Source: Azolla caroliniana
Taxonomy: Eukaryota > Plantae > Polypodiophyta
Length of the DNA stretch: 64,000 bases
Reading direction: 5' to 3'
Assembly (NCBI GenBank): GCA_043228905.1
Contig: JBHGNT010000002.1
Span: forward strand, 13,392,001 to 13,456,000
Part shown: positions 12,255-22,072 of the stretch, one piece after another
Position numbering within the stretch: position 1 is the stretch's first letter
Layout: every line of letters starts with the position of its first letter
The notes under the pieces: generated by a model
Seen by the model: only the letters and a program-made list of their open reading frames with translations
Database searches by the model: none
What the model was told of the DNA's origin: nothing
Translations under genes and position numbers: made by a program

Positions 12255-14826
12255 GCAAGGAAATTTTCCTGTTTCCGAGACCTCAAAGGGTTCGTCGAAA
12301 CAGGAAGACAGATCAAGTGCCTGCGGTCGGATGGTGGAAAGGAATACTTTTCCGGTCAATTCAATGGTTATCTACAACAGATGGGCATTCGACGCGAATT
12401 CAGTTGTAGATACACGCAGGAGCAAAATGGTGTGGCTGAGAGGAAAAATTGGTCGGTTGTGGAAGCGGCACAAGCAATGCTGGAAGAGAAGAGCTTGCCC
12501 AAGTTCTATTGGGCCGAGGCGGTAAGGACCGCGGTATACATCCAGAATCGGATCAGAGATAAAGTGTCGGCGCACGAGCTATATTTCGGAACGAAGCGGA
12601 ACTATATTTCGGAGCTATATTACGTATGTGCATGTGCCGAAGGAGAAAAGGAGGAAGTTGGACGCAAAATCCGAGAAGTGTATCTTGGTCAATTATTCGG
12701 ACGAGTAGAAGGGTTATAAGTGCTATAACCCGCGTACCAAACAAGCGCGCATGAGCCGCGGCGTTGTGTTTTCTGAGTCCACGTCCTGGTACTTGCCCCC
12801 GACTCCGAACCTCACCTCCAATTCGGGTTCTGACGATGAGGTTAGCGAGATAGAGATGCCTTCAGATGAGCCTGAAATCGGGACCCGCGAAGAGAGTCCG
12901 ATTTCGTTTCGGTTAAGTGGACCGAATGGACGACTGAGTCGTTTCGACTAGTCCGATGAAGACCCGACGAGTAGTGGAGACTCGGCCGTACATTTCCCGT
13001 GCAGGAAGCCGAGGAGACGGCTTACGCGCAAAGAGAAAGGGAAGAAAAAGGTGTTGTATTCTAGCACGGATAGAAACGACTCAGACCGACGCAAGTTCAA
13101 CTCCGAGGAAAGCGGTGACGAGTCTTCAAGAGCGAAGTCCACGTCAGCCGAGAAGACCTCGACATCGGCTAAAGACCGATTACGCCGATCTACCCGCTCG
13201 AAGAACCCAGTTGTGCGGTTCGGATACAACGAGTACATGGCGCATCATTATGTGTACATGGCCCGTGTAGTGGAAGTGCGTGAGCCGGAGAGCTATGCAG
13301 AAGCGGCTAAGGACGCGAACTGGCGCGCCGCGATGAAGGCTGAGATGCACGCATTGGCGGAAAACGAGACCTGGGACCTGGTTGACGCACCAAAGGGTGT
13401 GAAGTTGATTGGATGTAGGTGGGTGTACAAGGTCAAGTACAACACCGACGGCTCAATCAACCGATAAAAGGCCCAGTTAGTAGCAAAAGGCTACGCGCAG
13501 AAACACGGCATCGACTACGATGAGACGTTTGCGCCGGTCGCGAAGATGACGACCGTCCGTGTTTTGCTCGTGGTAGCTGCGGCAAAGGGGTGGCACTTAC
13601 ATCAGATGGATGTAAAGAATGCGTTCCTGCAAGGTGAGCTTGTGGAACATGTGTACATGGTACAACCCCCCCGATTTCACTCCAGAACGAACACCTCGGT
13701 GGTGTGCCGATTGAAGAAGTCCCTTTACTGACTGAAGCAAGCCCCGCGTGCCTGGAACGCGAAGATCACGCAGTAACTGCGTCGGATGGGCTTTGCAACG
13801 TCAAAATCGGACTCTTCCCTGTTCATCCGGAAAGGTCGGCTCGGGCCAGTTAGTATTTTACTATTTGTTGATGACTTGGTCATCACCGGCGCCGACCTAG
13901 GTGAAATCGACTGCGTGAAGCTCCAACTTGCGGCATCATTCGACATGAAGGATCTGGGGGACCTTCATTACTTCCTTGGGATAGAAGTGGTCCGCACCCC
14001 CGAAGGCATACTGATCAGCGAACGTCATTACACGCTGAATATGCTCTTCGAATTCGGGATGGCAAACTGTAAGTCCATCTCGACTCCTCTTGATAGAACC
14101 GTGAAGCTTTGCCCCAATTCCAGAAAAGTGTGCGACCCGACGAGGTTCCGACAAATTGTCGGAAGCCTTATTTACTTGACAATCACCCGACCCGATCTCA
14201 GTTATCCGGTCGGGGTGATCAGTCAGTTTATGGCGCGACCTACCGAGGAGCACCTTCAGTGTGTGCAACGCGTACTACCGTACGTAAGCGGCACTAAGGA
14301 CCGGGGACTGCTATTTCGGACCGGTCTAGCCTAGCAGTTGGTTGGCTACACCGATGTTGATTGGCCTGGCAACGCCGCCGATCGCCGATCCACGTCCGGA
14401 TATGCGTTCTCTCTTGGGAGTGCCGCGATAGCGTGGAGTAGCAAGAAACAACCAAAATTTGTATTTTCGAGCACCGAAGCCGAGTATAGAGGAGCGGTTG
14501 TCGCGACATGTAAAGCCATATGGTTGATGTGGCTACTTAAGGATCTGCAGGTGGAGGTGTCCTATCCGACAACGATCTACTGCGACAACCTCAGCAGCAT
14601 CCAACTCGCAAAGAACCCCGTCTTCCACGCAGGGACCAAGCACATTGAGGTGCACTACAATTTTGTCCGTGAGCATGTCCTTTCTGGTAAAGTCGAACTT
14701 CAGTATCTTCCGACGGATCAGCAGATCGCCGACATCTTCATCAAGCCTCTTGGTCTGGACAACTTGCGACAATTCTCGGGTGCACTTGGGTTGCATCACC
14801 TCAACGTGCCGAACTTGAGGGGGAGA
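12255..14826 (+). pseudogene. C2 integrase core - RT - RNase H
   Basis: LRSDGGKEY, EQNGVAERKN, LFVDDLVITG, DRRSTSGY, TKHIEVHY, LRG; multiple stop codons. Confidence 0.9.
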
Positions 14827-15081
14827 GACGTCCCAGATGACCACAGAAGGGAGCAAGAAAGGAGCGGAAAAGACCGTAGCGCCGAGTCGGATGACGAGTT
14901 CGATTTCGGATCGGCTGAAGAAGCCGAGGGGGGATCCGCGAAAGAGTCCGAAAGCGGATATAAGGGGAGCAGCCGGAGGAAAGAGCCAAAGCCAACCAAG
15001 CATGGGGGAGATGATTCCGTCAAGGGCGAGAAGACCGAAGACGAGTTGGAGACAGCCAACTCGGACGAGAGTGAAAACCGA

Positions 15082-15500
15082 TGTTACCGGCCGGCAAGGA
15101 GTCCAAAATACAGAGTGAAGGAATTAATTAAATATAGTTGTAAATGAGCATAGTATGGACGGACGGACTGGAAACGGTATGCCGTTCCAGTTCCGGACGG
15201 ATCCCGAATAGGTGCGAGAGGCACCGTTTTGTACTACGGGCCGGAAACCTATTTAAAGGCCCGGACCCCATTGTAATGACAGCGGATAATTAATAGAGCT
15301 TATGTTGTTTATACTTCTGTCTTGATTTCCGTTCTGTAATTACTGTTATATCTTACACGTGTAATTCACCAAAGCATTCTAATCGTATAACCTATGTAAG
15401 TCGGTGTAATCGTTGAATCTTAATCCTATGCCGTAATCACCCTTTGGTGAAGTGTCTCCGTGACACCTTGTGTTAGGCCTTGTCCGGCTAGAGAATAACA
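15082..15500 (+). repeat. A2 5' LTR
   Basis: TGTTA...TAACA termini; TATTTAAA flanked by the GGGCC/GGCCC inverted repeat. Confidence 0.96.
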
Positions 15501-15506
15501 CAGTTT

Positions 15507-15516
15507 TGGCGACCAC
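15507..15516 (+). other. A2 PBS (tRNA-Arg-like)
   Basis: TGGCGACCAC, 6 nt after the LTR; conserved in A3 (38900-38909, minus). Match to plant tRNA-Arg(UCG) is from memory. Confidence 0.75.
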
Positions 15517-15551
15517 GATTCCTGCTTTCTCGCAGCGAACGACGGTAATGG

Positions 15552-16008
15552 ATGACTAGACCAACGCACGACTTGGTTACAGACCGAGCTCGACGCCTCG
15601 CCGAACGGCAAAGACGGCGTGAGACGTTCCAGCAAGCAGCGCAGGAAATTCGCTCGGATCGTTCGTTCTCCAACGAGATCCGGAGAGTCGCGGAGGAATC
15701 TCTCCGGTTACGGCAAACTCGCGACCAGGACGACGGAAGCAGTCTAAGTAGTCTCCGGGAAACCGAACGCCTCCTGGAGGCGCTGGCAAGGGGAGAAAAC
15801 GAGGCAGAAGCCTTTTCAGCCTACGAATCGGATTCCGAAGGGGGATACAGCGTGCACACGAACTACCGGAGCAGCAACGATACCCCCGGCGGCCCGGAGG
15901 ACGACGGGTCGGATACCGTGCCGACTCCAGAACCGGAACCGCTCAACCAGGGCGTTACCCACCGAGGAAGATCTCCGGTTCCGGCAGGCAATTCAATGCA
16001 CAATCTGC
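15552..16008 (+). pseudogene. A2 gag N-terminus, capsid region deleted
   Basis: MTRPT start shared with A3; a frameshifting junction near 15950 lacks the segment present in A3 at about 37820-38470. Confidence 0.75.
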
Positions 16009-19000
16009 TTGAATGCCGGACACTCGGCAGTAGAGTGCACCATGCGCACTCAGTGTGTGATTTGTCAATCCAAGAGTCATACAACGGACCGGTGCGAGTA
16101 CAACCTGTTAAATCGACAAGCACCACCCGTCCGACGGATCGAGCCAAGAAGCAGCCGAGACGAAGATGACGATCGTTGGCAAAGAATAAACCGGTACCCA
16201 CCGGCACAGGATGTCCGGTACGGGGACAGGCAAGAGAATGATGGCCGGTACGGGAATCGGCGTGATAACTACGACCGGTATGAGCGATCGGACCGTTATC
16301 GGGAGCCCAACAGACGACACGAGCAATACGACAAAGACCATTCCCCGGGTTACCGAAGGCACCAGGAGGACTACGGCCGATTTTACGATCTACCACGACT
16401 GGACTACCGAAATAAAAATAAGAATAATAAGAAACGTAATTTCAAGAAAGGTGGTCACACTAGGGACCCGGAACAGGGAACCCCAAGGAGCCAACCGGCA
16501 CAGAACGCACCACTCACTACGGGACCGACTCCGGCTACCAGCAATGCTGAATCCAGCAATACCCGTAAAGAGTACTGCTACTACTGCAGGCAGGAAGGCC
16601 ACTACAATAACCAGTGCCCAGTAAAGAGCTGCGAGAAACGACCAGCAGTTAATATGGTGGTTCCGGAAGTGGCGGATTTACAGCAAGTAACCACACGGTC
16701 GAAAGGCATGGCCAAAGAATGGGAAACACAAGAGGCCATACGAAAACAGGCGACGGAATGGGTGAAGGAAGCCAATGAAAGGAATGTCGCGGACGCGGAA
16801 CGGCAAAAGGCGAATACCATAGGGAGTGCCGGCGGTAGCCACCCAGAAAACGAGACATGGCAAGCACTACAAGAATGTCAGATCACGTTACCATTAGGAA
16901 GACTCTTGCAGCTCGTGCCGCGATTCACAGAAGGACTAAAAACGGTCATGACAGACGGTATAGCCCCACCGGCATCAGTCCTCTTCTCGAATCCGGAGGA
17001 GGGACCGACGGTGGTGGACACTAGTAGTCCGGCGATTACAGCTATTGTCAAAGGGCACGAACTTCCCGGCACCGTAATCGATGGAGGTTCCGGGGTGAAC
17101 GTAATAAGCCTCCGTACGTGTGATGCCTTGGGTATACATGAATGGGAGCCATGCCCGTTCTGGCTACGGATGGCGGATACGAGCTCGGTACGGCCGACGG
17201 GCTTAATACGGAAATTGGAAGTCACCATAGGAGGTCACACATTTCACATCTCGGCTGTAGTGCTGCAGCTACAGGCGCAAGGCGCGTACCCTCTGTTGCT
17301 GGGCAGACCATGGTTGAAAACAGCACACATCAAGCAAAATTGGCGAAAAAATATGATTACCTTCCGGCGCGGAAAAGCCAAGGTCCGGGTACCGACACAA
17401 CCACGGACGAGCAACGGTAAGGAATGCACACCGCTGTATGCGGAATGTGTGAACATGCTTGAAGGATTGGCAGACGACGAAGAAGCCCAGTACTTGGAGG
17501 AACACCCGAAGATCGTACCACTCTTCGAGATTGACGTAGCTGAAGCCGTAGCCCCATACTTGCCGCAGCGGGACGACACCGAAGCCGAACCAGACAACGA
17601 TGCGATTCGGGAATTACGGCAAGCACAGGAAGCGTTGGAACGGGAAATGGCCGTTTCCCAACGGGTAAAAGCATCCCAGCTCGACGAAGTGAACCTAGGA
17701 AGCAAGGACGAATCAAAGCCGGTACACATCGCCAAAGAAATGAAGCCGGAAGATAAAGCGGCGATGATCAAACTTCTCACGGAGTTTCGCGACGTATTCG
17801 CCTGGTCATACGAAGACATGCGAGGGCTGGACCCTCAATTATATCAGCATCAGATCCACTTAGGCAAGGACGCGAAACCAGTGGCGCAAAGACGATACCG
17901 AATGAACCCCAACTACGCCGCCAAAGTGAAGGAGGAAATCGACAAACTCCTAAGAGTGGGCTTCATCCGGCCGGTAAAGAAAGCGACGTGGCTAAGCCCC
18001 ATCGTCGTCGTCCCAAAGAAGAACGGTAAAATCCGTGTGTGTGTAGATTACCGGAAACTAAATGCAGCCACAATTACGGATGCATTCCCTCTTCCGTTCA
18101 CGGATGGAGTACTGGATGCCGTCGCTGGCCATGAAGTTTATAGCTTTTTAGACGGCTTCAGCGGATACAATCAAATCCGGATGCACCCCGACGACCAGGA
18201 GAAGACAACGTTCGTCACCGAATGGGGGGTGTTTGTGGCCGAAGTCATGATGTTCGGCCTAAAAACGGCACCAGCAACTTTCCAGCGAATCATCATGGAG
18301 ATCTTCGGCGAATACATTCCGGCCTTCATGCAGGTTTTCCTGGATGATTTTGCAGTCTATAGCCGGGGAAAAGACCATTTGCAGCACCTACGGTTATGCC
18401 TTGAAAAGTGTAGGTTATACCGGCTATTCTTAAACCCAGCAAAATGCATCTTTGGAGTTTCAAGTGGAATATTGCTGGGACACATTGTAAGCAAGGAGGG
18501 CATTGCGGTCGACCCGGACAAAGTAAACGCGATACTAGGGGCACCGGCGCCGAAAACAGCCAAAGCACTAAGCCGATTCTTAGGACAGATCCGGTGGCAC
18601 AGCCGGATGCTCCGTCACTTGGCTGACTTGGCTACACCATTGCACACCGCGGTACATCGGACACCGTTCCAATGGACGGATACGGAGGATAAGGCATACA
18701 ATGCCCTGAAGGTACTTTTGTCGCAAGCACCCGTCGTGCAGCCTCCGGATTGGAGCAAGGAATTTCACGTGTTCGTTGACGCGTCCGACATCGCTATCGG
18801 CAGCGCCTTAATGCAACTTACAGAGCCTAAATGGTACCGGCCGGTCTATTACGCCAGCCGGAAGCTGTCCCAAGCGGAGAAGAACTATTCGACGACGGAA
18901 CGGGAGGCCCTGGACATGATCTACAGTGTCACAAAGTTTCGGCATTACCTATTGGGAAGGAAGTTCTCCTTTCATGTGGATCACTCGGCGCTCCTGTACT

Positions 19001-20661
19001 TAGTGTCCAAGGCGTCCCTGACCGGTAAGTTGGCCCGTTGGACCTTGCTGTTGCAGGAGTTCGAATTCGAGATTTTCCACCGGCCCGGTATCCAGCATGC
19101 CGTAGCAGACTACCTGAGCCGGTTAGAGTCCGGAGAATCAGGCGACGGAGTATCGGATGAATTCCCGGACGCAGAGTTATTCCGTATCACCCCGGAAACG
19201 GCAGCAGACGACACGGTGGCATCAGAAGATAGGTGGCTGACAAACATGCACCAGTTCCTAAGCACGGGCCTGCCACCGGAGGAAATGAACCGGGACGAGA
19301 GGAAACGACTGGCGGTGCAGAGCCGCAATTTCTGTCTGTTACGGGACACTCTCTACCACAAAGGAGCAGATGGAATATGGAGACGGGCAGTCCGTAGTGA
19401 CGAGGAAGAAGTAATCTTACGGGAAGCACACTGTGGGGTTGCCGGAGGACACTATGCCGGGGAAGCAACGGCAAGGAAAGTATGGCAGAGCGGCTTATGG
19501 TGGCCCACAACTTTAAAAGACGCAGTCAAGTATGCTAAGGAATGTGACCTATGCCAACGAATGGGCCAGCCTACGGAGCAAGCACGGATGCCACACCAAC
19601 CGGTACTTCCACTAGAGCCATTCCAGAAGTGGGGGTTGGATTTTGTTGGACCGTTCAAGCCACCGGCAATGAGAACAGGTAATCGTTATGTCATCGTGGC
19701 AACGGATTATTGCACTAAATGGGTGGAGGCTAAGGCCTTGAGAGACAATACCACGTCATCCACAGCAAAATTCCTGTACGAAAACATTTGGTGCCGATAT
19801 GGATGTCCGATTGAATTAATCAGCGACCAAGGAGGGCACTTCCTCGGCCAGGTAGTGGAAAGCTTAACAACGTTCTATGCCGTGGTTCATAAACGGAGCA
19901 CATCGTACTACCCACAAGCGAACGGGTTAGCAGAGTCCACCAACAAAACGCTGCAGAACATTCTCCGCAAAATTGTCAATGAAAACCGGACGGACTGGGA
20001 CACAAAGCTCCATAGCGCGCTATGGGCGTACAAAACGGCATACAAAACAAGTATCCGCACAACGCCGTTCCGGTTAGCATTCGGCTTAGAAGCGGTCATG
20101 CCGGTGGAATTTCAGGTACCAAGCTTACGGATCCAACTACGGGAACGACTGAATGAAAAGAAGTCGGAGGAAATGCGGCTAGCAGCACTATGCGAACTGG
20201 AGGAGCAACGGCTGGCCAGCATCCTACACATGGAACTGGAGCAACGACGACGGAAAGCGTTCGTTGACCGTCACCGGAAAGGTAATGAGAAGATGTTCGA
20301 AATCAGAAAGCCGGTGCTAGTATTCCAAACGAGGATGGGCAAGATGCCGGGTAAACTCCGGTTCAGATGGACAGGCCCGTATTGGCTGACACGGGAATAC
20401 AACGGGTCCTATCAGATAGGGACACTTGCCGGTGAAGTACTAGGCAAGTGGGTGAACGGATTTCGACTAAAGCCCTATAAAGGACCGATGCCAAAGAACC
20501 CGTTTATGCAGCTCACCGGCACTACACCGGGAACCTGTCCGGGATCGGTACGGATCGGTCCGGAAGAAAAAGACGACGGGGAACCAGTAGCAGAGGCGAA
20601 GGAAGACACGACAACCCGTAAGGAAAACGGTAAGGGTCCGAGGGGACCTACGGATGTGTAA
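16009..20661 (+). CDS. A2 Gag(NC)-PR-RT-RH-INT polyprotein, uninterrupted 1550 aa
   Basis: CCHC knuckles, VIDGGSGVN, FLDD, FVDASD, HHCC zinc finger, WGLDFVGP..ISDQG..NGLAE, WTGPY. Confidence 0.93.
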   Translation: MNAGHSAVECTMRTQCVICQSKSHTTDRCEYNLLNRQAPPVRRIEPRSSRDEDDDRWQRINRYPPAQDVRYGDRQENDGRYGNRRDNYDRYERSDRYREPNRRHEQYDKDHSPGYRRHQEDYGRFYDLPRLDYRNKNKNNKKRNFKKGGHTRDPEQGTPRSQPAQNAPLTTGPTPATSNAESSNTRKEYCYYCRQEGHYNNQCPVKSCEKRPAVNMVVPEVADLQQVTTRSKGMAKEWETQEAIRKQATEWVKEANERNVADAERQKANTIGSAGGSHPENETWQALQECQITLPLGRLLQLVPRFTEGLKTVMTDGIAPPASVLFSNPEEGPTVVDTSSPAITAIVKGHELPGTVIDGGSGVNVISLRTCDALGIHEWEPCPFWLRMADTSSVRPTGLIRKLEVTIGGHTFHISAVVLQLQAQGAYPLLLGRPWLKTAHIKQNWRKNMITFRRGKAKVRVPTQPRTSNGKECTPLYAECVNMLEGLADDEEAQYLEEHPKIVPLFEIDVAEAVAPYLPQRDDTEAEPDNDAIRELRQAQEALEREMAVSQRVKASQLDEVNLGSKDESKPVHIAKEMKPEDKAAMIKLLTEFRDVFAWSYEDMRGLDPQLYQHQIHLGKDAKPVAQRRYRMNPNYAAKVKEEIDKLLRVGFIRPVKKATWLSPIVVVPKKNGKIRVCVDYRKLNAATITDAFPLPFTDGVLDAVAGHEVYSFLDGFSGYNQIRMHPDDQEKTTFVTEWGVFVAEVMMFGLKTAPATFQRIIMEIFGEYIPAFMQVFLDDFAVYSRGKDHLQHLRLCLEKCRLYRLFLNPAKCIFGVSSGILLGHIVSKEGIAVDPDKVNAILGAPAPKTAKALSRFLGQIRWHSRMLRHLADLATPLHTAVHRTPFQWTDTEDKAYNALKVLLSQAPVVQPPDWSKEFHVFVDASDIAIGSALMQLTEPKWYRPVYYASRKLSQAEKNYSTTEREALDMIYSVTKFRHYLLGRKFSFHVDHSALLYLVSKASLTGKLARWTLLLQEFEFEIFHRPGIQHAVADYLSRLESGESGDGVSDEFPDAELFRITPETAADDTVASEDRWLTNMHQFLSTGLPPEEMNRDERKRLAVQSRNFCLLRDTLYHKGADGIWRRAVRSDEEEVILREAHCGVAGGHYAGEATARKVWQSGLWWPTTLKDAVKYAKECDLCQRMGQPTEQARMPHQPVLPLEPFQKWGLDFVGPFKPPAMRTGNRYVIVATDYCTKWVEAKALRDNTTSSTAKFLYENIWCRYGCPIELISDQGGHFLGQVVESLTTFYAVVHKRSTSYYPQANGLAESTNKTLQNILRKIVNENRTDWDTKLHSALWAYKTAYKTSIRTTPFRLAFGLEAVMPVEFQVPSLRIQLRERLNEKKSEEMRLAALCELEEQRLASILHMELEQRRRKAFVDRHRKGNEKMFEIRKPVLVFQTRMGKMPGKLRFRWTGPYWLTREYNGSYQIGTLAGEVLGKWVNGFRLKPYKGPMPKNPFMQLTGTTPGTCPGSVRIGPEEKDDGEPVAEAKEDTTTRKENGKGPRGPTDV

Positions 20662-21632
20662 GGTCACACACCGTCATAAAAAAATAAAAAAAATAAAAAA
20701 TAAAAAAAATAAAAAATAAAAAAAAATCATTAAAAATCGAGGTATGAACGGACGTGAAAGCAAGGCGCGAAAAGGTACGTAGTGGGCATTTAAGAGCCGC
20801 CACGTACTTAATACTAAATCGGTACACGACGTGCGCATGCTCGAAAAAAGGCGCCAAGACGCACAGAGAAAAAGAAGAGCGCATGGAGACCTTCTTTTTT
20901 CGCGAGCCAAGAAGCACAGAAGCACCAAGGCAGTGGAAGCTGAGCAAACGCGAACCTGCACGCAGAGAACCCCCGCGCTCAGAACGCTCTCTCTCTCGCT
21001 CTCACTCTCATCACCACTCTACTTCGCCATCTTCCCTCGACCTTGAAGCAGACATGGAACCACAAACGCTGTCGGAAGCGGCCAGGAAATGGTTCAGGCA
21101 ACACAGACTGGAGGGGTTCTTGGCCATCATGGAGGCACCGCCGCACCGAGAAGCCGACCGGGTCATCAAGGAGCTCGCCACAGAGGTCATCACCGAGGAA
21201 GCGATCCGCGCGCTAACAGGCCTTCCGGAGGGAGGAATCTTTCAGATCGATAACCCAACCTCGGAGCAACTCATCCGATATTTCGGTGAGTACTCTGTTG
21301 CCGGCAAAGGCTATCGGACGCAGGGCGGCGAAGATCCGCTATTCAGGAAGATAGCTCGAGTGCTCCATGAGTACGGTCACGTGTACCCCCGACCCCCTGT
21401 CATGCCAAAAAATCGGGCAGGGATGATCATAGCCACCTATGAAGGGATCAAGGTGGACTGGCCGGTGTTGATTGCAGACGGTTTGTGCACGGCAATCGAC
21501 ATGGTACGAGGAAAGGACGGCAAGGAGGGCCGGAAGCTGTGGCATGCCGTAGCTCAATGGATAACATTGCTCGTGCCGCCGGTCGAGACCGTCCAGCCAA
21601 AGAAGCGGCCAAGAGTATCGGAAGGAAGCACC

Positions 21633-22061
21633 TGTCAGGAATAGTACTAAAACAGAGATGGAATTAGTACTAAGAAGAGTAGTACTATTAGTACTAAGAG
21701 GACGGGACTGCGTAAGATTCCCGAGAGAGAGAAAGTGAGAAGAGGAGAGAGAGAGGGAAATAGGATGATGACAGCAGCTCTTATATTATATGAAAGATAA
21801 GTACAAATCGACTAAGAGGCTTAAGACTGGTGTTGAACCAATTTGGTTCAACATAATGCTTAGTGCCTTCTTTTATAGTGTTCTCAGGAATAATCCTAAA
21901 GCTTCTAGAATGTTCCAGAGAAATCTGGAATATACATTACTTTCTTATAATAAAACATAAATGAAAATAATATTCTATGAATTACAATAGATGGTAAGAT
22001 GGTTAAGAGCTCGACCCATATACCATAAGGTCATGGGTTCGAGTCTTGCCATCTCATGACA
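21633..22061 (-). repeat. B 3' LTR
   Basis: TGTCA...TGACA termini; minus-strand PPT AAGGGGGAGATAG adjacent at about 22062-22074. Confidence 0.95.
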
Positions 22062-22072
22062 CTATCTCCCCC

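Noticed and set aside
14338-15147. 269-aa ORF as an intact gene
   Set aside because: Chimera of C2 RNase H, the 3' extension and read-through into the A2 LTR.
21989-22054. Functional tRNA gene
   Set aside because: No clean anticodon arm or cloverleaf, and it lies inside LTRs; reported only as a tRNA-like module.
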